Below are positions 11,665 to 23,419 of a DNA stretch of 64,000 nucleotides, one piece after another. Made by a program: the position numbers and the translations under genes. Source of the stretch: Octopus sinensis (taxonomy: Eukaryota); the NCBI RefSeq assembly GCF_006345805.1, contig NC_043003.1, forward strand, positions 50,468,001 through 50,532,000, written 5' to 3'. Position 1 is the stretch's first letter. The number at the start of each line of letters is the position of its first letter. The notes under the pieces are model-generated. The model did not search any database and was not told the DNA's origin. It was given only the letters and a program-made list of their open reading frames with translations.

Positions 11665-12216
11665 CCCTGATGCAGTACCAGGCAATGGCTCTCATGGCTT
11701 CTGATCTTAACTAATTTGAAGTGTTATAATGTACATTGTTTTGTCTTACCATAAAAGATGAACTACAGCAAATATTCTGCTCAATGCCACAGATTTGCTT
11801 GTCAGTTGTTTGACCGTAACCAGTTGAGCATGTCCCTTCGTGACTGACGATATGTGCATCTCTGATCACGAGCAGAAGTAGCAGGGGAGCATCATAGCCA
11901 TGTGTTGAGAGAGATTTTGGGGGGCTTGAATAATTCACCTCTGGAAACATGGGTGTTTCCTTCAACATCCTTAAACAACCCTTATTCAGGGACCTTTTGA
12001 GCAGGATGGGTTATTCGACCAGAAGAAAATTCTAACAGGGCCCCACCTGCAAGGTCCTGTGTTGTTTATCTTGATATGAGATCACCATGTTGTGCACATA
12101 TGGTTGTGATGCATGTGCCTAGTGTACCTTATCAGACGGGTAGTCATGATGAGTATTCTGGGCTTCGTATATTTTACCTCTTTGTCACTTTGATGGCATG
12201 CACTGCTCTCTCACAC
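11664..12216 (+). mobile_element. (AAT)n-embedded interspersed element (family E)
   Basis: Flanked on both sides by (AAT)n. Its 3' ~300 bp recurs inverted at 29216-29511, also between (ATT)n arrays. Non-coding. Confidence 0.75.
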
Positions 12217-12639
12217 AATAATAATAATAATGATAAATATCTAATTTCGGATTTTTTGAGGAAGATATCTATTTCATTGACCTTAGTATTTGAATGGTAC
12301 TTATTTATTTTCCCGCGAAGAGTTAAACTCGTGTTTAGCGGAATTTGAGTTCTTAAGATAAAGGAACAAGAATAAATATTGCAAGACACAATCGATCAAA
12401 TGAAGTCCATCTTTTAAACGGCACATATTTCAGTAACACCGGATGAATGAATAAGCAAAGTAGATATCAGCAGGATTTGAAACAAGAAAAACTAGAGTAA
12501 ATATTATACCTCAAGGTATTTTTGCTTGCCACTCTACCGATTCGGCCATCTGCTGACAATAATAATGAATTACATCATAGACAAACGGCTGCACATTTTA
12601 TGATTTCAATAATGTTTACCTTGTTAGTTTCATTTTCTC

Positions 12640-13140
12640 GCTCTGCTACCATTCTCCTGTTCAAAAATACAGTAATGTACCTGGTTTGCCACCAGCTGCG
12701 ATAGACGTCCGTCAAAATCTTAGGAAACGAGAATGGCACAAGAGCATACAACTTGTAGACTGATCATACAAATCCGGCGCTTAGCTAATCGCGTTAATTA
12801 CGTCTCCTTCCTTTATCTCGGTCGCTTTTATTGGTTTTTGTAGCGCATCAACTAGTGATAGTTGCTGCATGCCATCGAGGTAGGCGTTAAAGTCCACTGC
12901 TTCAACTTCACCAAATATCCGCAAAAGAATCGAGCAAAATGCCGTTGAAATCTGCCTTCATCTACCTGGATGGGCAGCACGAGCCCTTCGTTGCTATAAA
13001 AGAAAGAATCGTGCTTTCGTTTCCACATCGCATCTCTGACACCCGATCCATCCAAAAAGTCTTCACTCCCTTGTGTCTAAGAGTACGTGCCTTATCTCGG
13101 ATAACGCAATTACTGTATATCTAATCGAAGAACTGGTGGA
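12640..13140 (-). mobile_element. L1/Tx1-like LINE ORF2 relic (EN-RT linker to start of RT)
   Basis: Minus-strand peptides CVIRDKARTLRHKGVK, FQRHFARFF, DFNAYLDGMQQLSLVDALQKPIKATEI and YKLYALVPFSF/LKILTDVYRSWWQ follow the Tx1 ORF2 order, with frameshifts. Confidence 0.65.
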
Positions 13141-14537
13141 TCCCCCCCTCCTTGCCTACCAGGCCATTCGGTGCAATTCATTTCTTAACAAGATCTAATT
13201 TGCTTGATAATTTCCAACGGCAATCTATTGATTTCTATCTCAGCATTTTTTGCCAAACCCTATCGCCGAGATTCGTCATCCGTTGTTATTATTTTCTCTG
13301 TCAACTCCCAGCACCTAACAAATTCAAAACACATAAAATTAATAACAAAGCAATAAAAAAACTAATTGCATTGTGTCTACAGAATATATCGACGAACAAA
13401 AGCCGAATCAGAAATTCAACCAGGAAATATAAACAGAAGTCTAATATAAGAAAGATTTAAAAATAGAAACTTCGACTTTTTGAATAAAGATAATAATCTA
13501 AAGATGGAATTGTTAAAGAATTAAAATCGATTGGAAATCATCTTATGCACCAACAAAAGATTATTTCAAATATAAACATAGCAGCAGCAACAACAACGAC
13601 AATAACAACAACAACAAAACGATATACTGATATCAAGAACAAAATAATACAAACCGGATTATGTAGAAATAGAACGGCACGAACATCAGTATGTGTAAGC
13701 AATCTATGCGGTTAGAAAAATAAGCGGCTACTTCTTCAGAAATGCTGATGTAGAAATATTTAGACCAAAAATAAATATTTTGCCAAACAAAGATGCAGAT
13801 ATAAAAAGAAAATAGGTCAAAAGTTTTTAAATCGCTATTGATGAATTCTTTAACGAAAATATACGAATAGAAAAGGCATAAAACAAAAAGAAAAAAGAAC
13901 GACACTATTACAATAAAAATACAACATGAAAGGTAACCGAAATCAAGGAGTCAATAGAAGAAAGGGTTTCTCGTTAAATAGCAAAGAACTCGTCGACCTG
14001 AAAAGTGATAGCAGTTCTTTGAACAAAATAAGCACCTCCGTTCCTAACCCAAATTCATATTCTTAAGAACTTGGTAATACCAAAACAGAAACTAAGGTAG
14101 ATCTAACAGCGACATAAGTAATTTTTCTGGAAGGAATAAATGCTGTACATTGATCAAGACTAGGGTGTATTAAAGATATCGCGCATAAAGTAGAAAATAA
14201 TGGAAAAATAACAGCCCAGGAAGAAATGAAACAATATACAATAGGAACAATTAAAACTTACTTGGAAATTCTCACTTTTCTCCCCCTCCCTCTTTTTAAC
14301 TATTCTTTTGCATGCCTGACCAACTCGAATTACATTGCTGGCTACTTTAACCACAGAAGGTTTTTTGAGGGTCGCTTGTATACTGATACAATTGAAAGCA
14401 TTTTGCTTTCTCATGATATTATTACAATAATGAATGATCGTTGATTCAACATGAAATATTATCGTTGCAAAGACACTAGTATCTTTCTTCTTTACTTTTC
14501 ATAACAATCTTTCATTTTTGACAAAATTTTTAAAAGA

Positions 14538-14582
14538 CTGCGAGCCGCAAGCGGTCCGCGGGCCTCGGGTTGGCCAACCCTG
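14538..14582 (-). mobile_element. hAT-type terminal inverted repeat fragment
   Basis: Reverse complement cagggttggccaacccgaggcccgcggaccgcttgcggctc resembles hAT/Charlie ends (CAGGG.TG.CCAAC..CGGCCCGCGG). The partner end was not found. Confidence 0.5.
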
Positions 14583-15057
14583 TTGTTGTTCGTTATCGCT
14601 CACAGGCCTCCTTGGAGTCTGAAATTTTGCTATTACTTTTCTCGAGAAAGAAACAGAAATAGTTTCCTCGTGATTTCCACCGGATAATTTGCAATTTACT
14701 CTGCCAGTCTCTTGTTCTCTCGCGCTTTTCATTTCAGCACACGGTCTATTTGACCCATCGAAATTGAGGAACGCTTCGCGCCACATCAAGGCAGGTTCAC
14801 TGGTAGTCCTATATGACACATGTGTAGGGAACAGTATTGCTATGACTTCTGTACCTGAGACACAGAACACCTTTTACTGATTTATTCATAAGTGAGGTTC
14901 TTGAGTTGACCTGGGAAACGTGAACGATCAGGACACAGACAACGCTACATATCTTTGTCCTAATTAGTTTTCAAACTGAGAATTCCACTAATAATGAATG
15001 TAGTCGATAATGTTAATCTATATCTCAATAGACAACGAAATTGTAGGCTTTAATCTT

Positions 15058-15770
15058 TTATCATTTACTTGTTTCAATCATTAGACTATGGTCATACTGG
15101 GGCACGGCCTTCAGAAGTTTTAGTTGAACTAATCCATTCCAGTACTTATTTTCTGTTTTAGCCTGTCTCTATTGCCGAACCGCAAAATTACGGGGACGTA
15201 AGCACGCCAACGGTGGTTGTCAAGCGGTGGCGGGGTAAACACACAAACACACACACACACACACAAGCACACACAAACACACACACATGCATACATATAT
15301 ATATATATATACATATATACATATGTATAAGTTGTGGTTTAATAATTGGCATGACTCCCATCACTATCACACACGGACAGGGACAGATAAACATGAAACT
15401 CATAGATCCAACTGCACTGATGAGTATTTTGATATTTTCAAATTCTAAAATGAATTTACATCTAAGTACGAAACGATTGCGTGCATGAATAAACTTCGTA
15501 CAAATTTTAACATCTTATCTCTTCCATTTTTGATAAATATGATTGGATTTGTAGAACTTCCTTCCATAAATTAATCATACACTATATATACATATGCATA
15601 TATATAAATATGCGACGGGCTCATTTCAGTTTCCGTTCACCAAATCTACTCACAAGGCTTTGGTCGGCCCGAGGCTATAGTAGAAGAAAATTGCCGTAGG
15701 TGTAACACAATGGGAGTGTACCCGAAATCATGTGGTTGCGGGGCAAACTTCTTATCTGCAGCCACGCCTG
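15058..15770 (-). mobile_element. SINE family A, full length but split by microsatellite plus ~280 bp of unrelated sequence
   Basis: 3' module at 15058-15235 and 5' module at 15612-15770 both match 56368-56850. Confidence 0.75.
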
Positions 15771-16349
15771 CAGAAAACAAACATAGTAATAATAATTAAA
15801 AAATCCAAAATTTACTGCAATATCTGACTTGCAAGCATCAAATTTAATAAGAGTCACTAAGGTGTTGCTTCTTGATTACTTGTCCAGACTGGGTAGTTTC
15901 ACTTACAACATGACAACCAAACCAGCAATATTCAAGATACACATTAAACTACTTCATAAACCTTGATAAATACTGAATCAGCATAGCTGGCTATATTGGG
16001 GACATACCTTCAACCATTTTCCAAGTATTTTTCTCCACTGGTCGTGTGTTGTATTCTAGTAGCAATAAAGTGAATAGTCAACTATGTATGTGTGTGTGTG
16101 TGGGGGGGGGGGTGTCTGTGTAACGATATATCACAGTACCAAATATAACTGTATAGCAATAAGCAATGTAATGTGATTTGGTTATCTTATAACCGTTCGT
16201 ACAATAACTATCCAATACTCTAACGCGGATTCAATAATGAGACTAACGCTCTCACAATTCGACATCGACACTCTACTGGCTTATCTACTGACTGTCGTGT
16301 ACGGGGGTGTCAGTTCACTCCTCAATATGTGTGTGTGTGAGGGAACATA

Positions 16350-16379
<30 letters not shown>

Positions 16380-16386
<7 letters not shown>

Positions 16387-16687
16387 ACGTCACGTGACTG
16401 ACCAGGCTATCAGATGTTGCTACACATCGCTGGTCACAATACGCTTCGCATTGTTTTAGCCTTCAAATGACGCCGCCCCGCTGGCTAGTCGAGCAGGCCA
16501 ACAGAAGAAAGAGTGAGAGAAAGTTGTGGCGAAAGAGTTCAGCAGGGATCGCCACCACCCACTGCCGGAGCCTCGTGGAGCTTTAGGTGTTTTCGCTCAA
16601 TAAGCACTCACAACGCCCGGTCTGGGAATCGAAACAGCGATCCTACGACTACGAGTCCGTTGCCCTAATCACTGGGCCATTGCGCCC
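16380..16687 (-). mobile_element. tRNA-derived SINE family C (tail type 1)
   Basis: Head (reverse complement) gcgcaatggcccagtgattagggcaacggactcg...gctgtttcgattccc has A/B-box-like motifs; the central domain is shared with 28198, 43204 and 63760. Confidence 0.85.
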
Positions 16688-17653
16688 CCCCCCACACACA
16701 TATATCTATACGTATTACATATATTTAAACGATATCAATTCTGACCGATTTAATCTGAGTCATGATATCGTAAAATAAAATAGTTAACAGTAAGTTAAGC
16801 CATTTAGAGACTCGAATCCAGTTTACATGATAATAAAAAAAAAGACTCAGTAAAATCACATGAAAAAGATACATGTGATATGATACGATGTGTATGTGCA
16901 TTATTACATACACATATGCAAATCTGCGCAGATATACACAAACACAAACGCTCAAATACGCATGTAAAGTCGTATGCATGTGAATAATTTAACAAATGAA
17001 TAAATGCTGCTCCATTATATCGAAGTATCCTAATAAATATTATAAAATTGTTTTCGCTTTAGTCATAATGATGATCGTATTATGTTGATTAATCATTGAT
17101 AAATTTTAGATATGCATATCTAATATATCTATCTCTTTTGTGCTGATGTAATTAATATATAGCGTTTCAGTCTAGAGTGAGTTAGAATTTGTTTAAAATG
17201 GTATTTTTCTCTACTTAAGCGTAATACAGATTTTCTACTATAATATATTTTTTATACTTATACTTTATGAAATATTTATATATCATATAAATTTGACAAA
17301 ATAGAAAAGTGTTTTATGAGATTAGTTACTAACATGTATAGGAATGTATATTCCATTCAAATTATTAATATATTCATGCACACTCAGACACAAGTGTGGT
17401 TCTGAAAGCGTGAGGGGAGAGAGAGAGAGAATTTATGTGCGTATATTAAGGTATTAGCTGGCTAAATCTTTTGCATGCCGGACAAAAATGCTTAGCGCCA
17501 TTTTTAACAAGACTACAAATGTTACAAACGGGCAACAATTTCATGAAGATTCATGAAGTATTAGAATGGACCACTAAATTTACGCCAGAGTTTGACTAGC
17601 ATTTTAATTTATCACCATTCATCAACGAGGGAATGCAATATTTATTAACATTT

Positions 17654-17886
17654 AAGGCGACGAGCCGGCAGAAACGTTAGCACGCCGGGCGAAATGCTTA
17701 GCGGTATTTCGTCTGCCGTTACGTTGTGAGTTCAAATTCCGCCGAGGTCGACTTTGCCTTTCATCCTTTCGGGGTCGATAAATTAAGTACCAGTTACGCA
17801 CTGGGGTCGATGTAATCGACTTAATACCTATGTCTGTCCTTGTTTGTCCCCTCTGTGTGTAGCCCCTTGTGGGTAATAAAGAAATA
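17654..17886 (+). mobile_element. tRNA-derived SINE family B, young, with TSD
   Basis: B-box gagttcaaattcc; 17-bp target-site duplication aatatt(t/c)attaacattt at 17637-17653 and 17887-17903; near-identical to 24875-25101. Confidence 0.9.
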
Positions 17887-18203
17887 AATATTCATTAACA
17901 TTTTAATCATCTAGTTCCTTTATTATTATTATTTTGGCAAAACTTTGGAAAATGTATTGTTGTATTTCGGTACGGTCTTCTTATTCTTTTTTTTTTCTTT
18001 TTTTTTGCCAAATATATACCCGCACTATATATTCGTTCTTCACTCGTTTATTACTGTTCTTATTTTAACTCATGTCCATTGTCCGGAAATCTTTCGTCAC
18101 ACATCTGTGACCTCTTCAGCGACACTTTTCGTCCTCGTGTGTGCTCATGCTTGACAGAATTTCTTCCGACTCTTCGTTGAAATTCCGTCGAGAAGGACTT
18201 TAC

Positions 18204-18301
18204 CTTTCAGCTTTCCGGGTTGATAATCCACAGTACATTGAGTACTGGAGGAGGTTGATATAACTGACGAGCCTCTCCCCTCAAAACTGATCGCCTTGTT
18301 A
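18204..18301 (-). other. Candidate 98-nt exon
   Basis: ggtttctgctttag| acceptor and AAG|GTAAAG donor; single open frame NKAISFEGRGSSVISTSSSTQCTVDYQPGKLK. No homology recognised. Confidence 0.25.
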
Positions 18302-19368
18302 CTAAAGCAGAAACCATTATAATTCATTTGTCAGAGAAGGAAGTGCAGCGTTCGCCTGCTTTTAGCGAGTATCATGAAGTACATACGAGAAAGGGAATAC
18401 CCTGAAATTTTCACACCGGAAATTGATTCAAATGCTTACAACAAAAAAGGGGAACTCGGCTAAAAACACTTAAGGGACCAGGTGGTATAGTTGAATCGAA
18501 TGACGGTATCAAATCTACCAGCATAAAGTAAGATATTCCATCCAATTAGCTTACGATGGTGAACCCTCTGTTTTCCTCAACCCAATTTCACTCACAAAGC
18601 GCAGATCAACTCGAATCACTGACAGGAGGCAATCGCTCAATACGCCGCGTTGTGGAATCGAAAGCGGTGCCATGCAATTCTAAAGAAAAATTTTGGGGAA
18701 AAATGAGAAACGAAGTAATTGAAGTGAAGATTATAATACAAAGAACTTTAATTAACACCGAAATTCGTTCAGCGCTCTACCAATTCAATCATCTACCACT
18801 CCATCACAAATATGAAGTACCCAGTTAAGTGTTTTGTAATTGACGAAGGCTAGAGCTCACTAGCTACTTAAACAAGTATTCTAGACGGAATACAAATTAT
18901 TAGTCAGATTCAATATTCGGAGAAAGTTGAATAAACAAGATAATCGCCTCGAGTCACACACACACACACACACAGGCGCACACACAGACGCACAAACATA
19001 CACACGCTCATAAACGCACACGCGGGCGTGCGTAAGTGTGAAGTCACTGAGAAACCGAGAGTTGAAATGAATACGACATCAAACAACCACACTGTAATCC
19101 TGATATCAGAAGCCTCCACATAATTAACGCTAAATTCGGAGGTAGCCAATTACCAGACTGTCTATTTCAGCGATGTTCTTAATAAATCTGTTATATCACA
19201 CAATATCACACATGTCATCACACTCTAAGTCACATAGGTGCAGATTGTGAAATAGAGAATGGAGTGGTTGTGTACATAGCTTTGGGTGTGTCTTTTTGCA
19301 TGTATGGATGGTTATACATGTATACATAAATGCATATATGTGTGCGTGTACGGTTTGTGGTGGAAAGG

Positions 19369-19403
<35 letters not shown>

Positions 19404-19621
19404 AGAAAGAAAGAAAGAAAGAGTCAATATAAGTGTGTGCACATGTGTGTATCCCTAAAATATGTACACACATACATACACACAAAAACAAACACGCACA
19501 CACACACAAACACACATACGCTCACACACACAGTTATATATATATATATATATATATATGCAGACATACATACTTACACACAAGCACTCACACATGCACT
19601 TACTCAAACAAATGCATATAT

Positions 19622-19654
<33 letters not shown>

Positions 19655-19729
19655 CACGCACATATATATACATATGTATATATATATATGTGTGTGTGTG
19701 TGTATATACATACATATATATATATATAT

Positions 19730-19886
19730 GACGGGCTTCTTTCAGTTTCCGTCTACCAAATCCACTCACAAGGCTTTGGTCGCCCCGAAACTATAGTAGA
19801 AGCCATCTGCCCAAAATGCCACGCAGTAGGACTGAATCCGGAACCATGTGGCTGGTAAGCACGCTACTAACCACACAACCACTCCT
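19730..19886 (-). mobile_element. SINE family A 5' module
   Basis: Matches the family A head and core and ends at a TA/TG array. Confidence 0.88.
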
Positions 19887-19904
19887 ATATATATACATAT
19901 ATAT

Positions 19905-20300
19905 AAATTATGATTTAGGGTATCTAAGAGATACCACCACGCTGGAAATAGCAGCCAAAACTTGACTCTAAAACCACATTAAATGTTCATACAGCACCAC
20001 GAGAGAAGACAGGAGACAAAATGAACTAACATAAACTAACAGCAAAAATTACTGGATAATTCCAGATCCCGGACTTCTGGTATAGCTATCTGTGTATATT
20101 TCAATGATGAAGGCAGAGCATTTCTTATGCAGAGCCAGAAGTCCTGGCTCTGGAATTATCCAGTAATTTTTGTTGCTAGTTTATTTTGTCTCTTATCTTC
20201 TCTCCTGGTGCTGTATGAACATTTAATGTGGTTTTAGAGTCAAGTATTGGTTGCTATTTCCAGCGTGGTGGTATCTCTTAGATGCCCTAAATTATTATTT
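19905..20300. mobile_element. Fold-back element with ~170-bp inverted arms
   Basis: Left arm 19905-20080 is the reverse complement of right arm 20134-20300 (e.g. gataccaccacgctggaaatagc / gctatttccagcgtggtggtatc); ~53-bp spacer. Confidence 0.85.
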
Positions 20301-20503
20301 TAATAATAATTATTACCTTTGAAGGTTTTTATTCCTATGCTGGCCACCTGATAAGATCGATATTTAAATAACGATCTTATTCTTATTTATATAAACTTAT
20401 ATATATATACACATTATTACCTCAACACACTCGCACCTTCGTTTCGGTGTTTATGGTGCATATTATTATAGTAGCGCAGGCTCTGGTATCATGTAGTAAA
20501 TAG

Positions 20504-21179
20504 TACGAGGGAGTACCCAAAAATATTCGGAAACGTTCTCTGTGAGAGAAACCCATCGTAGTTCAAGCTTCCGCCGCTAGAAGACACTTGATGCGACCCT
20601 CAGGCAACTGTCTGCCGAGCGGCGTCGTTAGGTGTGGTTCTACTGCTATGTAGTGCGTCTTTGTTTTGCAGTGCGTCTCCCCTGTTCGTTGACTTTTGCG
20701 ATAGCTGAAACGAAGGAACTGTGTACTTCTGTTAAATTTTGTTTTCTGCAGGTGGTGGGATAAGCGAAGCAGTTGTCATTGTTTCAAACAGCTTTCAAGA
20801 ACGCTGCCATGAGCAAAACATAAGTTTACGAGAGGTTTCCACGCTTTAGGAATAGTCACTTGTCGCTTGAAGACTAACCTCGTTCAGGACAACCGTCGAT
20901 CTCCCGCACGAATGAAAACATCATGAAATTTCATCAACTGTCCTTGGAGAACTGTCACTGAACAATTGACGAACTTGTTGATATGTCTGGTGTGTCCTGG
21001 AGTTCCTGCCAACAAATTTTAAGCGAGGAATTGCAAATGAAAAGAGTTATAGCAAAATGTGTTTCTCGCTTGCTCACGGAAGATCAAAGGCAGTCACGAC
21101 TGAATGCGTGTCGTGAATTGAAAGAAGAGTTGGAAGTTGGTTCGGACCTTTTTTCGAAGGTGATGAAAGCCGGTGCTAC
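20504..21179 (+). mobile_element. Mariner (Tc1/mariner) 5' fragment, transposase pseudogene
   Basis: Starts tacgaggg. Translation from ~20701 gives ...VKFCFL...AMSKT*VYERFPRFRNSHLSLED*PRSGQPS...ILSEELQMKRVIAKCVSRLLTEDQRQSRL..., then GDESRCY (the TGDETW catalytic motif); stops present and truncated. Confidence 0.88.
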
Positions 21180-21307
21180 AGATTTTGCAAATGTGGAAAA
21201 AAATAATATCTGAATATGAACACAGAATGTATCATCGCATTTTGTCGGACAGTGTAATAATTCTACCAATTTGCAAGCATACATACATACATACATACAT
21301 ACATACA

Positions 21308-21339
<32 letters not shown>

Positions 21340-21785
21340 GTTTTACAAATTTTTATAGTTCCAGTGATGGCTTGGATCTGTAGTCTATTGAGAAATCTGC
21401 AGTTACTCAATCCAGATTACAAGTACAGGTTTATACCTGTAATTATTGGGACACTGGGATATGTAACACACTGCCTAAATACCAATCTTGAGAAATTAGG
21501 TTTCCCAAAACCAGAAAGGAGTCGAAGACTACAGATCAAAGCCATCACTGGGACTGTAAAATCTGTAAAACTTTCCAGTAGTTTATCATTTAAGTATATA
21601 TGAGCATGTCTAGATATGCACGAGATGATATACATAAAACAAAACATAAAATCTACACATATACATACATACAAAAATACCCTATTGTTGATATTGAAAT
21701 CCCAATGAAGGAGCCTTGGTTCTAAGGTAAGAAACCGGCTCTTTCTCTGTTGGCAAAAAATCTTGAAATAAAACTGAATAATGAC
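21340..21785 (+). mobile_element. 3' fragment of an RLE-bearing non-LTR retrotransposon (R4/Dong- or NeSL-like) with an inverted 5' piece
   Basis: LLRNLQLLNPDYKYRFIPVIIGTLGYVTHCLNTNLEKLGF...RLQIKAITGTVK matches the C-terminal end of RLE elements. The 3' UTR has hairpin gagcc-tt-ggtttct-aaggta-agaaacc-ggctc. It sits beside (TACA)n. Confidence 0.7.
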
Positions 21786-22088
21786 ACATACATACTTAAA
21801 TGATGACTGTTCCATTTTCACCGATGATTACCGTCACCTCATTGCAGATGGCATTTCTGACTTTCTCTCCATGAACCTCTCAGGTGACCATTCTATCCCG
21901 TTGCAGATTTGCATGATTTTTCCAGCATAGCTGACACGCATACACACACGGACGCACGCACACGCACACTCACATACGCATACATAAACATACACACACA
22001 CACACACACAAAGGCACATATACGTACAGACACACACACATACGCGCGCGCGTGTATATATATATATATATATTATATATATATATAT

Positions 22089-22279
22089 TGATAAAAACGG
22101 TAAGACAACAAAAGAATGGAAGATACGTCGATATTGTGTAAATAGAAGAATTTATCTCTAATTTAATCTATATATATTTCTGGCCAAATAACTGAAGAGA
22201 TGGTGACGTGGGTTTCCACCTCGGCATCCGAAACTCGGAGTTTCATCATGGCTACCGAACAATTGTCACATTTTACTTT

Positions 22280-22322
<43 letters not shown>

Positions 22323-23369
22323 TAAATTAGAGATAAAACCACTATTAGGCAACTCAAACAGTGATAGACATAAACCAAAACATAAAAATACATAAAATAA
22401 ATATAATTAATAAAATATATAATATATATAAAATATAGAATTTAAAATTTAAATTATTAAAATTTTTAATTTTTAAATTTATATTTTAAAATTTTTATAT
22501 TTTTAAATTTAAGAATTTTTTTAATAACTAACCAAAAAGTATAAAAAAGTTAAATATAATATAATAAGTAAAAGCACTACGTACGTTTCATGGCTATAAT
22601 TCAATTAGAATTACAATTAAGTTTAAATTCAATTGAAAATTTGAATTAAAATTGTAGTCAATCTTCAGGTTAATGATAATAGTTAAATAAATAAGCAAAT
22701 AGAGTTAAACAATATTTTTAAAGAAAGAAATAAAATAATTTTTTTTCTTATAAAAGACTCTATTATCTAAATTAGAAACTTAAAACATTAGGATTATGTC
22801 ATACAACCCATTTATTATGTTAAATATTAATTTTTAAGGTAAAATATAGATAGAAAAATGTATTTATCTATTAAGATATAATATGGCTTTAAGAAACATA
22901 ATAAACTCACGAATATCCTTAACTCAGTTATAGTCCAATATCTAATTACCAAATTATTTAACAAAATAATCACTATTCATATTTTTAAATTTAAGTTCAC
23001 ATCTAATACTTATAAAATATTTTAAAATAATAACCAAATTATTATCAGCAAATATAATAATTAAGATCTAAAATTTACTCTATCAATAAATATATAGACA
23101 TATAATGAAAAATAAATTAATTAATTAGTCCATTATTACTTACGTAAATATTAAATATTAATATAATATATTCATGAAAAATATTAAAAAAAATAAAGAT
23201 TAAAAAGCAAATTATAAACGTATAACCTATCTTGAAAAGAACCGTATTTGACGATCTATATATCTCGTTGGCTAAGTAATAACTTACAAATAACGTACAG
23301 TTATATTTATACTGTGAAATTTGATTTAATCCTAAATCCAATTTTCCCTGTAAGTTTGGATATACTCCC

Positions 23370-23370
<1 letters not shown>
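22089..23370. mobile_element. AT-rich Penelope-like relic with hammerhead-like motifs
   Basis: Plus-strand CTGAAGA...GAAACTCGGAGTT at 22192-22242; minus-strand CTGAAGA...GAAACGTA at 22668-22582; 17-bp inverted repeat at 22151-22167/22321-22337; ends at (ATT)n. No intact ORF. Confidence 0.5.
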
Positions 23371-23415
<45 letters not shown>

Positions 23416-23419
23416 TATA

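Noticed and set aside
12681-12760. Apparent 80-nt minus-strand exon (YKLYALVPFSFPKDFDGRLSQLVANQ|gtacat)
   Set aside because: It lies within a colinear Tx1-like ORF2 relic, and the peptide is better explained as frameshifted LINE sequence.
22321-23370. Possible mitochondrial insertion (NUMT) or alternative-genetic-code gene because of extreme AT content and many TAA/TAG codons
   Set aside because: No recognisable mitochondrial gene, rRNA or tRNA motif, and stop density is as expected for this AT content. Hammerhead-like motifs and microsatellite ends favour a retroelement relic.
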